Origin: Vicugna vicugna | Taxonomy: Eukaryota | Reading direction: 5' to 3' | Assembly: GCA_013265495.1 (NCBI GenBank) | Contig: MU058221.1 | Location: forward strand, 1,302,001-1,366,000 | Length of the DNA: 64,000 nucleotides | Shown: one piece after another, positions 11,607-25,643 of the stretch | Position numbering within the stretch: the first letter of the stretch is position 1 | Layout: the number at the start of each line of letters is the position of its first letter | Program-made: the position numbers and the translations under genes | Notes under the pieces: generated by a model | What the model was told of the DNA's origin: nothing | Database searches by the model: none | What the model saw: only the letters and a program-made list of their open reading frames with translations

Positions 11607-13219
11607 GCAAGTCTTTCGCATTTTCATAAGATTTCCCCTAGAAGTCTTGAGGTAGAAGGAATGGTCCCAAATCTGTGTAATGAACTTATTTTGTTCATTT
11701 CCTTTTCAGATAATTTTTTTATTGAATTCCACAGATAATTATTCTGAACCAAAAGGCTCAATTTAGAAAGATATACCAGTGTAATGCAACAGCCACAGCC
11801 TTGTCAGGATTTCTAATAATTGCTATTCTTCCTTTATTATATAACCTGGAATAACCAGGCTTTCTGGTTAGAATATAGAAATAAATAAAAAGTTTAAAAA
11901 TTAGTAAAAATGATGTAAAATTATTGTTTTAAAATATGATTGTAAACCTAAAAATTCCAAGATAAATAATGGAAAATTATTAAAAACCTACAGGAAATGA
12001 AAGCTATTTTAATGAAACGTATAATTGATAAAATTATGCTCTACTTGAATCTTCTAATTTCCTGTCCTTCACTCCAATTCTTTCATTCTTAAAGCATATG
12101 TTACTTTTATTGCAAACAATATATTTATTGCCACACTGGTTAGTTTGCTTAAATTATATTTTTTAAAGGATCCAAGGATGTAATATGATTGTTCTCATAA
12201 GTGGGCAGTTGGCACTTTATCATCTCAGACGGAAGCAAATTTCCTTGTTCAAACTGGGTTTGTGATTAGATTTGTCTTTCTCTCCCTCCCAGGTAGACTG
12301 CTTCTGATGCACTCACGTAATGTATTAGCTATATTGATATTTTATATTATGTATATGAATATTCTGCATATAGCAGAAAACTTTGCTTTACATAAATAGT
12401 CATACTTTTATTTATTACAGTATGTTTTTAAATATACTGTATTAGGATTTCATTTATCACTTAAAGTGAAATTGAATATTATGCCATTTCTTTGAAAATT
12501 CCTCTTTAAAGGATTTCACACTTTTATTACAGCAATTCTTAATGCACGTAAGTTTAATAAAGTGGACACTCATTTGATTTACTCTCTGAAAATGAGTGTT
12601 GCACATCACAAATATTTTTCCAACTTTCTAAAGAAATCAAGATATATAGAAGGAAGTTATTTTTAAAAAGGGAGAAAATGCAAGAATAAGAAACCCAAAT
12701 ATTTAAACTTTGAAATGCATGAAAAACAATAAGAAATAAATAATAATTCAGAAAGATTCTAATACAGAACTTAAAATAAGATTTCATTACAATGCAGAGA
12801 TCTATAAATCATCCTGCCTGAACTAGATTTAGGGGAAGAATATAAATGTGATGTATCCACTTATCTTCCATAAGATCACAAAATTTTTCTAGTTTTTTTT
12901 TTCATGGTGACAAATAGAACAATGAAAATTCAGTACGAGACTGGGTTAGCTCTCGTGGCCTCAGGGGTGTGTACTGTGTTTGATAGGGAATTAAAAGGAA
13001 TGATTTTGGCAGAACCAAATTTCCCTTCAGGATGCCACATTTGAAAATACAGCTCTGCTTTGTCTCCATTATCTTCTGCTTTCCTTATGGAAAAAGTGGT
13101 AGTGTGAACTAGCACATCTTTATCCTATCATAATAACTATTAAATTTATTTTTAATAAAAAAAAAGCTTATCACTTCCAGGAGACCACATCCTTGGAGTA
13201 GACCAAAGAAGGCTGAGCC

Positions 13220-13630
13220 TGTAATTACAGTTCTTTGAGGTCACTTTTGCTTGTGGGTGGCAGAAATTCAATCTGATTTAACTTGGGCAAAAAAAGAAAA
13301 AGAAAAAAAATTGGGCCCAGGAAAGGTTAGTATCTAAAGAGCAAGAGTTCAGTTGGACCCTAAGGACAGACACTAAGGGGGACGTGCCAGCGTTCTTCCC
13401 ATCTTAGTGTCAGCCTGTCTCGGCATGCTGGTTTTATTTCTTGCATCTCGTCCATCTGCACAGCCTCACCTTCGGATATCCAACTTTTAGATCCCCAGGG
13501 AAGGAATCTCAGTAATGTGGAGGTCGGGGGGCATGGTGGGGTGGCATTCCCATGCCTGGCGCCATGGAAGCTAATTTACAGCCACTGACCATCTCCTCAA
13601 GAACCGTAAGAGTCAGACCGTAAGAACAGA
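13220..13630 (-). mobile_element. Old MLT1-type (MLT1H-K-like) LTR fragment
   Basis: cttttgcttgtgggtggcagaaattcaatctgatttaacttgggcaaaaaaag resembles the antisense 3' end of old MLT1 LTRs. Confidence 0.45.
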
Positions 13631-13749
13631 ACATAAAGCGTTCTCTTGAAAGGAAAGAAGGTACTTGGGCAAACTCAATTAATTACTTAAAAAGAAGCCT
13701 TACATTTGTATCAAATAGAATAAAAGGTGCTTTCACATTCTGTACCTCT

Positions 13750-13900
13750 TAAAACCTTAATAATTTTGTAACAAAAACATTTCAGAAACGGTGAGATGGA
13801 GGCCCCAAAGGCTTAAGTGATTCACAAACACACACGGTGAATACCGGAGCTTAGACTAGAATTCAAGAGTTTAGACTCTGAAACCCATGCTCTCTTTACG
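13750..13900 (-). mobile_element. MIR SINE fragment
   Basis: gagatggaggccccaaaggcttaagtgatt...ggagcttagactagaattcaagagtttagactctgaaacccatgctct matches the antisense MIR core. Confidence 0.65.
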
Positions 13901-15033
13901 TTTGAAATTTGAATGCTCACATCACATATTCAGATATTCATGACTATTCAAAGTCACGGAGTCACAAATCTTTTAATTTTAGGCACTTAATTCTAATCAT
14001 ACAAAGGAATACTGTTCAGAGAAACATAGCGGAAGTTGAGCTGACTGAGAGAAGTTTTAAAAACGCTTCCAACTGCTTCCAAACATCATCTCCTTCTAAC
14101 CACCAACCAATTTCTCTGCGTTTCAACTATTAACTTCTAATGCTGAATGCTTCACTTTTCATAGTGGATTTCCTCCCTTCAAGATTTTTACAAAAAGGAA
14201 AATATCGTTGAGACGTAAACATTCTGAAAGCATTATTTCCCAGAAACAGATCAAAAAGCTGTTTTTAAGAGAACAGACATAAGACTGCGCATCTCCTTTA
14301 TGTCGTATGTAAACACCCACATGCCTTATGGTCAGTGGTGTTCAGAATGGCCTTGAAGGAGTTTGCCTACAGAGCGTTAGGTGAACATCAGTGGCCACTA
14401 GCACCCGGATGAGTCAAATGTTTCCAAATTTTCCATTTACTTCTTTGCTAATATAACTTTTCTAAGCTCCAAATGCCTGAAAGTGTTCAGTTAGGACCCT
14501 GGCCCAAATGCAAATTAGGGTTAATCACAAACATACAGAGATTGCACAGAAGGATGCAGTTGCAGTCTGGCTTTTCCTTTTCTCAATTCTCTGTCTATTC
14601 TTTCTGCCTTTTGCCCTCTGGCCTTGCCCCTGACTCAGTCCCTGAGGATTGTCCACATTTTTTTCCTTCATTTGCACTGCAGGGACTATTGCAAACTCCT
14701 TATCTGCCCTTTCACTGCAACCTCAAATTTTCTGGTTATTTTATGATACTATTTACCAACAAGTAACTGCTCTCTCTCATCAGGTAATGTTGATATATTA
14801 TTATGATCATGTTTCTTTTGCTTTATTCTGTGTCCATAATACCTCTCCACTAGAAGGAATAGTTAAAACCATCCCAGGCTTATTCTGTTACTGGATGTTA
14901 TGGAATGTGCATTGTCCATTTCTCAAAAGTTACCAAGTGGATCAGTAGTTTAACAGGAAAGACGTCTAGTACCCTAAGCATTGTGTTTAGTCATTCATCT
15001 CAGTTGGTATGTTTTCAAGCGCACAGGCTACTC

Positions 15034-15078
15034 TGTGTGTGTGGGTGTGCGCGCGCGTGTGCATGTGCTTGCGTGTGT
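15034..15078. repeat. Alternating purine-pyrimidine (TG/CG) microsatellite
   Basis: tgtgtgtgtgggtgtgcgcgcgcgtgtgcatgtgcttgcgtgtg. Confidence 0.9.
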
Positions 15079-15079
15079 T

Positions 15080-15300
15080 TCCAGTTGAGTAACGTCTCTT
15101 GACCTACCTTCAACTTACTTGATTCTTTTCTCATCTGGGTCGCTCTGTTGACGAGCTCAGTAGAGACTTCCTTCATGTCTGATAGTAAAATCTTTTCCAC
15201 TTGTAGCATTTCTATTTGATTCTTTCTTATCGTTTTTGACTCTGATGGTGTTGCTCATGTGATCTCGCATGTGGTCCAGGTTTTCTTTAGAGTCTTACTA
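15080..15300 (-). mobile_element. Old L1 ORF1-region fragment
   Basis: ttgacctaccttcaacttacttgattcttttctc...ctctgttgacgagctcagtag...tagcatttctatttgattctttctt is typical antisense L1M ORF1. Confidence 0.6.
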
Positions 15301-17390
15301 AATTTAGGCATGTCTCTCCAGTTTTTTTGCAGTCATCAAGTGTAATTTTCCTACATAACCATGCCTCTAAAGTTAAGTGAGATAATTAAATCTGCTGACT
15401 TGCAAAGCTAAATGAGGCATGTACGCATTGCCTCTGAAATGAAGTTTTAACTTGGGCAAAAGTAAATTCTTTTCTCAGTATGGACAGAGCACTTTTATGC
15501 ATGGAAGACCAGCGAGCAAGCATCACTAGAAAATAAGAATTGTTTATGGCCTCAAAGAGAGAGCAAGAGAGAAGACAAAAATCTGGAACCTTCCCTTCAT
15601 ATCAATAGCTTGTTTCTTCATGCAGTACGTCCGATAGGGCGGGCTCTCACCTGTGAGTCTTCTGAACCAAACGCAGCAGAACTGAAGTCAAGTCTGACTT
15701 GGATTTGAGGAACAAGGCTCATAAGAGACCAGTTATGATTTACCATCCTCTGTGCATTTTCCAAAACATAATTTCCAGGCTGTATTTATTTTGTCTTCAC
15801 ATTGGTAAATTGTCAATTATTTTGAAAATTATCCTTTTCATTTATAGATGTGCTGGAAATGTACAGACTTTCTTGTTCAAATTTTGGAATTTCTTATGCT
15901 GCTGTTGTCTGATAAACGCCAAGTAATTGGCTGAGAATCTGTAGTGTTAACAGTTCTTCATGAAGACCATTAGCTTTTCATTCTAGCTGCAGTCATTGGT
16001 AACTCAAACGTCCATCCCGACAATTCTGTAATGAATTACGTTGTTTAACAGAGGAAACTAATCAAACATTGTTAATCCTTTGCTATATTCTAATACCTTT
16101 CTCATTTAAAAGATATGTTCTTAAAAGGGTCTTCAGAATTACTTCTGTGGCTCCAGTTTTTAATTTAATATAACATTATAAATTACATCTCCGCTGTTTC
16201 TCCATCTTTATTCCTACTCACACTGCATATATTTATCTTATGACACTTAAACATTTTATTATTTTTTAACAAAATTAAATAGGTTTTACAAGATGATTTT
16301 TCTTTATTTTATGGAGTTTCAAAATATTGAAAATAAAAATATTTAACATCAGAATTTATGAAGGATTCTTTATAGATAAGAGAAAACTAAACAGAATCAC
16401 TCTCTTTGCCAACACTCAAAAGTCAAATCTATAATTTTTGCATTAACTTTTTTTGCAATTTGTTGTTAAGCAATACTAAAATATTGCTTAATTGATTCAT
16501 TACATTAGTATTCATAGCTATACAAAAGCCATATAAAGTTTTTAGTATAATCACCATGAGTAATTAAAATCAACACCATTACACTTAAAAAATTCCAGTT
16601 TTAAACGTGACTTAAAGATCCTTCAGAAAAAACACCACTATCGTCACAAAAGCAATGAAAGTGCAGTTGCAGTTAATTTTTGTTACTATATGTGCTTATA
16701 CAAACTTGATTAATTAAATAACCATTCACTTCTAAAGATGGTATTAAGCTTATCACTGCTGAAGGACGCAGGGAGTTTTCTGAAATTCAGTTTTCAAAAA
16801 GCCACACATGTGATCCACACCATCTATGTGATTTATACTTCCAACCATCTAAAAAAAAGTACAGAAATGAATGGTTTAGAACCCTCACTGGTAAGATTAA
16901 ATGTCATCTGTAAATTATGTAGTCTACATAAAAGGGATGATTGCAATGACTTCTATGTGAGCTTCATTTTAAGGAAAGAAATCAGTAAAATCTTGTATTT
17001 TTCTAGGATATATATTCATTGTATTACACATTAAAATACGTGAAAATCATTAAAATAAAGCATATGCATCCTTTGCCACTTAAGTGATGGCATTTACCAT
17101 AAATGAGTTCAGGTAGCACATTTTGAAAAATGTTGATCAAATGTATTTCAGGCAGCACATCACCCAAAGAAAGAATTGTGTCCCTGATCATTAATCACTT
17201 TATTTGCTTTTATTTTGCTAAGTTTTGAACCAGTTGAGAAGAATAATTTATATTCTTATTTAATTTCTATTTCTACCTGTCTGTCTGTCTGTCTATACGT
17301 AACTGTTTGTCTGTGTACACACAAGCACGTTATCGGAAGACAGTGCTTTCCAACACGCTCATGTTTCTGACAACGGGAATTCCACTAGCA

Positions 17391-17535
17391 CTGTGGTTTC
17401 TGTACTTTGCTGAGCATTGAAATCCCGTGGGGAGCTTGAAAATCTCTGTCCTCCAAAGATTCTGACTTATCCAGTTGGGTGGTTTCAAAAGCTCTCCAGG
17501 TGATTCTATTCTTCCCCCCAGATCGAGGACCACTG
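17391..17535. mobile_element. MER5-family (hAT-Charlie) non-autonomous DNA transposon
   Basis: Imperfect TIRs ctgtggtttc...gaggaccactg; internal ggggagctt, agattctgac, aaagctctccaggtgattct. Confidence 0.75.
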
Positions 17536-17869
17536 CAGGAGAGCATCTTTTCAAGCTTCTCAAGGTGCTCTTTCCACCCTCCTCCGTGGAAGAGACTAGG
17601 CAGAGAAGGCTGCTTTCTTATGCCCTCTTTCTGGATGTTGACATAGTCGATTAAGTATATCAAATGATGAAAGATAAAGAAAAGTGACAGATCCTCACAT
17701 AATAACACAACCTTAGAATTGTGCCCGAGAGACATGGCTGATAGCTAAAGAGATGATGGATACAAGGTCATTTCCACTAGCCTAAGTAAAATCACGTCTG
17801 AACAGAAATGTTGCCCATGGGCCAGACACACACACAACAAAGTGAAGGGGCCAGTTGCCAGGCAAAAAC

Positions 17870-17980
17870 ACAGAGAGAGAGAGCATGAGAAGAAAAGAGA
17901 AGAAAAAAAAATAAGAGAGGGCGAGAGATTGAGAGAGAAAGAGAGGTAATGAATAAGAGATGGAGAGAGCAAAGAAAAAG
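17870..17980. repeat. GA-rich low-complexity tract
   Basis: cagagagagagagcatgagaagaaaagagaag...gagagagaaagagagg. Confidence 0.8.
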
Positions 17981-20779
17981 CTTCCGTACCAGGAAATATA
18001 TTCATAGTGCAATAAATATATAGTCGGTAATACTGGAACCTGCGGATCTTTCCTGGGGACTTTGGCACTAAAGTAGTAATTCAGGCTCTAAGAGAGCCAT
18101 GAAATCCTGAATAACTTCAATTTTGCGCCTGCATTTTATGAGATCATCAAAACACTTCAAGTAAATTACAACTTCAAAATCAATTTCTCTCTTCAGCAGA
18201 TCATCTATTATCCCATATGACTGACGCTTGCATCTCTTCGCTGGGGTATTATCCAAAGCAAAGTCAAACCCAAAGTTCTTATTTAATGCCAGCCCTTCAG
18301 CACCTTGGAGAAATAGAAGAGAAAAATGCGAATCTATACACATCACTTTGTGCTGTGGTGCGCTGGGGTTTTATATTTATGTGGAGAAAGTAATTGGAAT
18401 AAAGGAAAAGTGTTTGAAGTAGGAGAAAAGGCCTAGGTTCAGAATCTGGGGAGGTCCCCTACCACATACTCAGTGTTCCACGGACAAATCGACCTCTCTG
18501 AACCATTTTCTTCTCAGTTACAGAGCAGGAATAAGATACAGCATTGATGGGAGTACTGACCTATGGGTAGACATAGGCAAGTTAGTATGTTTACATGCTG
18601 TTGCAGTCTATTCGTAGGGAATGGACCAGCATCAACCCTCAAGGCAGAGGGAAACAAGAGGTAACAGCAAAAGCCATTAGCATGTGACAGTCATATGGAA
18701 ATATTGGGGAAAACATAAGGTAGAATTCTATAAATTGTGAATATGCGTGCTGGTTACAGAAAGATTTAGAGAGTCAAGGAAAATAAGGGATCACAGTGAA
18801 GTAAGAATTTGCTGTGATTAGGGTATGAGAGTCATGGTCCACCTCGACAAGAGAATTAAGAACTCAGAACGACCACAGCATAACACCTGGGAGTGTTAAC
18901 AAGCACTGAGCACCTCGACTTAGGTTCCCCCGAATGGTAGCGAGCACCCTGCAGACAGAAGTTCAACATTGAAAGTTTTACGGTAAGTAATCTTAACTGT
19001 CTATAAGATGAAATGGAATTTAAAAATGCTCTCAAGAGTGGCCTTTTAGGATTCTGTGTCTTTTTAAAAAATTTTTTCAGGACAAGTGGGATAAAGAAAA
19101 GGAATGGAGTTCCAGCAATAAAAATGACAGTAAATAATAATTCTAAGAGGTGCTTTCAAGAATCAGCGTTTTTGTTGCCACATTGAGATGGGAGATGTGG
19201 GCCTGGAACTGTTACTCGGAAATAAGATCCAGAATCTTGAATAAGGTGTCAAGACTATTGCCTGAACATTGAGAGAAAAGCTGGTTTGAGATTAGGAGTT
19301 ATTCAAACGATTGCTTTATTTACAACAAATATCAATGCTCTTCACCTTTTAGTGTCAGAATCTAACTTTTAACGTGGTCTTAGGAAAAAAAAATTCCAAA
19401 ATAAACGTACTAAGTAAAAAACGAACTCAAAAACATGTTTAAAAAAGATGTCAAGGCTATAAATATTGATCTGTTTACTTTTAGGTTCAGTATTTGTAGC
19501 AAAAAAAAATTCAAGTTAAAGAAATGGGAACTATGTTTTATTGATATATATATATATTTATATGGATATATTATAAATACTATTTGAAAGTATTTTAAGA
19601 TAGGATTTTACCATTCTGTTATTTATTTTCCATATTTTCTTTTCCTTCCCATAATATAACACTCTAGACTAATAATGTTTGACACCATTGATAGGGTAAC
19701 TATATTTAACCCAAAATTCCAATTTTCTCCCATGAATACCTAAATTTTGAAAGAATTGTCCATACTTGCTGACTCTGTTTTCCCTAGCTTCTCATGTGAT
19801 TTTCTCATCAATATTGTTTAGCAGTGAATCCCTCATCTGTTAACAAAAAGATTACCTTAGATTACCAAAGATCCATTACACATTATTTAGACTATTATTT
19901 GGTTGGACAGCTCCACAGTTAACTAAAACTTCTCTGTGGAATTTCTGCTGCAGTGAAAATTTCCTTTTTCTCCTTTTCTGAAAACTCTACCTTTTCTTTC
20001 TCTTCATGTGCCCGTTGAAAACTAGGAGTTCCTCGTGTGTTTCTGCCATCAGCACTAACTGGAAAACATTGATGAGCGTGTTATTTATTATATTGAGGAC
20101 ATAAACAACATAAGTTCAAATAAAATGGTGAATTTGGTGAACTCAGAGGACATATTTGATTGGATTTCTGAATGCTTGAAAGAGTGTGATCTTAAAACAG
20201 AAATGAGTCAAGAATAGGTTGTCGCAAAGGAGCAGACGGTACCACCGGGGAGAAAAAAAGAAAAAAAGAAAAAGGCCACTTAACCTAATGGCATTACAAA
20301 TACGAGTGCGATGGAAAAATAAAGTGAAAAATAAATTCAAACGCCTTGGACAGACGAGTTCCACCTTCAGGGATAATCTAAGGATAAAATTAAGGAAGGG
20401 GTTCCAATGGTAGATGAAGAATGAAATCATAAGAGGAAGAGAGCTCACTCTGAACCTGTCTGTTGACAAATTTCTGGGTGAGGAACCTATTTATTACTCC
20501 ATCACTCATTATAAGAAGTAGATCGTGTACGTGTTCACATCGGTTATCCCTCCAACCTCTGCGTAGATTTTATAAACAAATTTGAACTGGGAATGAGCAG
20601 ACCTGTGATGTCTTACTGATCTGCATGATGTTTGTGCTGAGGTTTGGGGCAACTTCCTGTAGAAGCCTGCAAGTTAGATTGCTTTCCCCACCTGACCCAG
20701 TTGGATTAAAACTGTTTAGAAGAGCTAAAGGAAAAGATCTTGGGGCCTCTAATTTTCTTTCACAAACTATTCTTCTTTA

Positions 20780-21480
20780 AGATTTAACTTCTCTGATGTC
20801 TTGAGCTGACCGTCAATCTAAATTGCTCCAAAACATCTGCCTGTAGCCCCGAGCTCTCTCTTCAGGTCCAGCTTGGATTTTAATTACCTCTATGTCCTTA
20901 GACTGTGCCTCCCGCTGACTCATTAAGCTTACTATGTTCCAATCAAAAACTGCCACACTTTCCGCAGAACCGATTTCCCCCAATCCTCGCGCCTTAGTTT
21001 TTATTTATAATTCCCACTTGACTTCCACTTGTTGAGAAAAGTCTCAGTCAACTTAAATGTTTATCTTCTGCATTCTACCCAGAGCCAGAATGCAGCTTCG
21101 TCTTCAATAATCCTTCAGGAATACTTCTTTTCATTACTGTAGCTGTTATTCTTGTGAAGGAGATTATTCTCTTTGCAATGACTTCTTTAATTGGCTTCAA
21201 ACTGGCCTTCTTGCCTTTTTTTTTCTTTTCCCACTAAAGTCCAAGACTAATCTTCTTAAAGAATAGGCCGAATTATATCATTTCTATGCTCAATTAACTT
21301 CTGTGACTCATTTTTTTGTATGCCAAATTAATTATAAATTTATTAACCTAGCACCCAAGCCCCTCCACAAATCCCCCATCCCCTTTTCCAACATGGCCGC
21401 CCTGTGACTTCTCTCTAAATGAACCACATGCTCAAGTCAAAATTAACTTCTACTGTGTCTCAGAAATGCTCATGTGGTTG
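20780..21480 (+). mobile_element. L2 LINE fragment (decayed)
   Basis: ccccgagctctctcttcaggtccag, taatcttcttaaagaataggccgaattatatcatttctatgctc, ttaacctagcacccaagcccctccacaa resemble the L2 3' region. Confidence 0.55.
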
Positions 21481-21529
21481 TTTCCAATTCTTGCTCACAA
21501 CACTGGTAGATGTAGTGAATCAGAACCAA

Positions 21530-21740
21530 ACCTTGATTAAACATGTACCGTCTACCAGGGAGTGTGCTACGTGCTTTATAAACACTTTCTCATTTTAGCT
21601 TCCCGGCATCGCTGTGTTAACATGCTACTGTCTTCATTGTGCACATCAAACAGTGGAGGCTTGGAAAGGTTATATCACTTGCTCAGTTTATTACATCAGT
21701 GGTGGAAATAGTAATCCAATTTAGGAAAACTAGGTTCAGG
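21530..21740 (-). mobile_element. MIR SINE
   Basis: gtgtgctacgtgctttataaacac...ctcattt...aacagtggaggcttggaaaggttatatcacttgctca. Confidence 0.65.
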
Positions 21741-22734
21741 ACAACCTAATTTTGCTCTCTCAATAGAAATTTGGAGGGAAGGGTGGAATTCAATTTGCCC
21801 TTCCTTTCAAGTGTCACCATTGAGTTTAGACTTCCTGATATTTTCTTTTTTATTTTCTTATCTCTCACTTCTTTTTTTCAGGCTGTGAATAGTCCCTTTT
21901 TGAGTCACCAATCCCATACTCAAATAGAGCGTTTTTATTGCTCTTATTATACAAAAAAAAATACTTTACTACACTTTGCTGTATATAAATGTACTGAGTT
22001 GTCCAACACCCAAGGTTAATAGTAGCGGCTTAAACAAAGAGTTTCTGACTCTGTCTTCCAAGACGCATAACCAACAGCATACATATAGTGGGTGCTCAGT
22101 AGCCATTGTTGAACTAAATTATTTCAGAGAATTCTCTAGGGGCAGAACTGTATTAAACAGAAACTATCTTGTGATTTTATAACCCAGACCTATCGCTGAT
22201 TTATAATTTAAATAATTCTGTGGTTTATCAAATCAGCCCACGTATGGTTAAAGGCCATGATCTCATATGCCCCTGAGCACTGTAGGAGACGCTCATGTAG
22301 AATGCAAATTTGTACATTTTTTTCCCTTTGAAGACCTGACATTTCTGAAGGAAAATAATGAATGCTCCAAGAATCATAGGAACACACTTAGCAAAAGGAG
22401 AAGCAATAATTATGAATCTAAAGGGCGATTCAAAGCAGCAGGAACCTAGACTGAGCTGTAGTTATTTAATGCTGGGTACTTTTGCTGAAATGCAGTGACC
22501 CAGATATTGCTAAGAAATAAGATTTTAAAACTTTTTTTGTGGAATATGCTCTAATATCTAATAACTACTTCCAAAGAATTTGACTGGAAGATCAAAGTCG
22601 AGAAAACACAGAATGTTAATGAATCAGACATATAATGCTAAGCTGGACTTGCCTGCTGGAAACTCAGGACAAGAGAAAAGCCATTCCTAGCATGTATCAT
22701 TTAATATTTCAGGACAATGAAACTTAAGTTATGA

Positions 22735-23287
22735 TGTTATGGAATGCACTTCTTGCTGCTCAGAAGCCAATAAAGGAAAGACAAGTGTCGGTAGAAAGGA
22801 AAGGTGCCTTGTTCAGAAAAGCCAACAACGTGGGAAGAAGGTGGACTCAGGTCCAGAGACCAACTCTGAAGATTCTGCTCAGCCATGAGAGTTTTTAAAG
22901 GGAAAAGGGGGAAACAAATCTCAGTTAATCACTAAAGCAGAAGGTCAGACTCTTCATCAACTTTACGTTGCGTGCAACCCTGCTGACTTCTGATCTTCCT
23001 CTGGCTGCTGTCTTGCCCACAAGGTCTACCTGCAAATTTACTAAGGGGACATGACGGGTAGAGTGTCAGTCAATTCTTAACTGTTTAATTCTTTATTCTT
23101 ACTCCTTTTAATCCAGGAGAGGTATCAACAAGTTAGGCAATGCATTGTGCCCATTCAGTAAAGCAAAAATCAGGAGTTAGGTTAAAGGTTACATAGTGAT
23201 CTCATTTTTTTTTTTAATGATCAAGTTCCGAGGAAAACAGAGATGGACAAACAGAAAAGGGACAAAAGAGCTCCTCCCAGAATTACA
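22735..23287 (-). mobile_element. ERV (class I-like) solo LTR
   Basis: tgtta...ttaca termini; gaagccaataaaggaaagacaagtgtcggtagaaaggaaaggtgcctt and tttttaaagggaaaaggggg are typical antisense U5/R/TATA text. No clear TSD. Confidence 0.7.
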
Positions 23288-23559
23288 TTGCATGAAAGTG
23301 TGATAAAAGCAGCTGTCATCATTGCTCTCCTGATTTTACTGGAGTTAACTTTTGAGCTTGTTCAGAAATGTTTTTAATTAGAATTTCTAAATGTGGAATT
23401 GTGCTTTGCATGTTTTCTGCTTTAAACATTAGGACTCATTTGGTTAACACATGTGGGGGAAACTTCTTCATTTTCTGTTCTGACAGATCTTTAAAGTGGC
23501 ACAGGTATAGGTATTAGAAAACTGGTAGTTAGGACTAATAAAAAACAATTTCCTTGATG

Positions 23560-24770
23560 CTTTAAACAGCTTTTTGAGGTACAAATTGACATATCGTAAG
23601 CAGATGTTTTTATCTATGAACCTGTGGATGGACATTGGACTTGTTTTCAGATTTTGGTTACATTTGTGTTTGATAAATGTTGGTAAAATATACATACATA
23701 TGTGCATATATATACACATACATACACACAAATATATATATTTCTCTGTGTGTATGTATATTACCTAAACAATAATCACTATAAAGATAAGGAACATGTC
23801 CATCATTCTCCCAAATTTCCTTGAAACCTAATAAAATCCTTTCATCATACAACCAGCTTCTCTCATCCCAGCCCTCGGGCAATAGCTGATCTTTTTGTCA
23901 CTGTAGATTAGTTTGCATTTTCTAGAGTTTTCTACAGATGAAATATTCATCTACATATGTGTCCCTTTCCCCTGATTTCTTTCACTCGGCATGATTATGT
24001 TGCAGTTTATTCATGTGTGTATCAATAGATCGCTTTTGTTTTAATATTGCTGAATAACGTTCCATTATAGAGACATAGCATGAGTATCTATCCCTTAACT
24101 TGTGACTGGACGTTTGAAATGTCATTAAATACAATTCATATTTTACGACAAGATAAAAAAAATTAGACAAGGAAAACTGAAGCATAGATGTTTTCTTTGG
24201 CCATTTGGACGTCCTCCCTTCCCTTCTCGTGTGTGTTGTGCTGCTGTGTTACCCAGACCTCCTTCGGAGATAACATCCCATCTTAATCTCATCAATGGCC
24301 ACAGCTCCTCAGGAGACGACCTTCCATGTTAATCTTGTGAAGGGCCATGAAGATCCATGAGCCACGACTTTGTAAGCTGAGATCTGGATTTTGTAAACTG
24401 CCAATGACACGTCATTTAATGTATAGCCCTCTGTTTCAAAAACTTACATAGCTGTGCTTTGACGATTAATGGGTGTAGCGGTTCTCAGAGCTTCTGAGAG
24501 GCTGTTCCCAGGTTATAATTCTCAGTTTGACTCAAATAAAATTTTCCATTTCTTTCTTAGATCGATTGATTAATTTTTTGTTGTCCTTGACAGATGTTTT
24601 CAGGTTTGCCATATTAAAAATAAGGCGATTATGGACATTGACTTTCAAATACTTTATAGGTAGATGATTTTATTTTCCTTGGGTGTGAATGGCTCAGTCA
24701 TATGGTAGGTGTACATCTAATCTTCAACAAAATGCTGAGCTCGTTTTCAAAGTGACTCAACACGTGGAAA
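23560..24770 (-). mobile_element. L1MB/L1MC-type 3' fragment, interrupted by an LTR at 24120-24592
   Basis: aacagctttttgaggtacaaattgacata; tgtcactgtagattagtttgcattttctagag; the L1 text gactggacgtttgaaa resumes as gatgttttcaggtttgccatatt after the LTR. Confidence 0.75.
24120..24592 (+). mobile_element. MER34-like ERV1 solo LTR
   Basis: tgtca...tgaca termini; cggttctcagagcttctgagaggctgttcccaggttataattctcagtttgactcaaataaa (AATAAA 24535-24540). Confidence 0.75.
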
Positions 24771-25643
24771 CACTCATACGCCCTGTTTTGACATCTGTGT
24801 CAGTTGAGTGTGGTTTCTGATTAATTTTTATCTTCATTGTGGGCCACCTTTTCCTGACTCATCACAGGCTGGACGCAGGTGTCCTCTGCTGGTCCCAGCC
24901 CATCAGTAACATGGGCTGTGGCTGGACTGCTCCCCATGCTTCTTACTACGTGTGATTGCAGCACACCCTCAGCAGTGACCAGCAGGGGAACCTGACAACA
25001 TAAAGAAGGTTTGCGACGTATGGCCTACCAACCTCGCAGATTGCGTGGCACACCCGGGGGCACGCTGTGAGGTCCTGGGTAGAGAGAGGTGGCGAGAGGG
25101 AGGGGCAACGAGAGGAAGAGGCTGCAGGCCTGGCGTTCTTCTTCTGTCAGGGTCGAGGGCAAGGGCCCAGGGTTTTGCGGGCTTGCTCGTTTCTGGTGAA
25201 TTAAATGTAAAGCAGGAAGTTAAGACGCGGAAGCAGAACAAACAAGGGGTCCAAGCTGTCAGTTATCTCAAAGCCGATCCAAATCTCTAAAGCTAAGGGA
25301 GCTCTGGGGGGGAGGCTGGCCGTGTGTGTGTGTTCCAGACGCCCCCTCTGAAGTCAAGGCTCGCTGTGGTGGCCGCACCCACCGTCAGGCTCTCGCATCC
25401 CGGGAGTGAAGGCTGACTGGTCGGGCTCGGACGCTGCCAGGCTCCGCACATTTTCCTTTGCAGGGGTACGTCTGTCATTTATGAATAATCTGGAGCCTTG
25501 TTCTGGGAAACGGTTGAGTAACCTGAATACAGTCTGATGCTTTTAAATCTAAGATAATTTTTAAAAATTGTTCAATGTGTATTTGCCTTTGAAGATCCCT
25601 TCTCAGGAACTGTCTGGCTTGTGGAGGGTTTTTCCAGTTCTTA

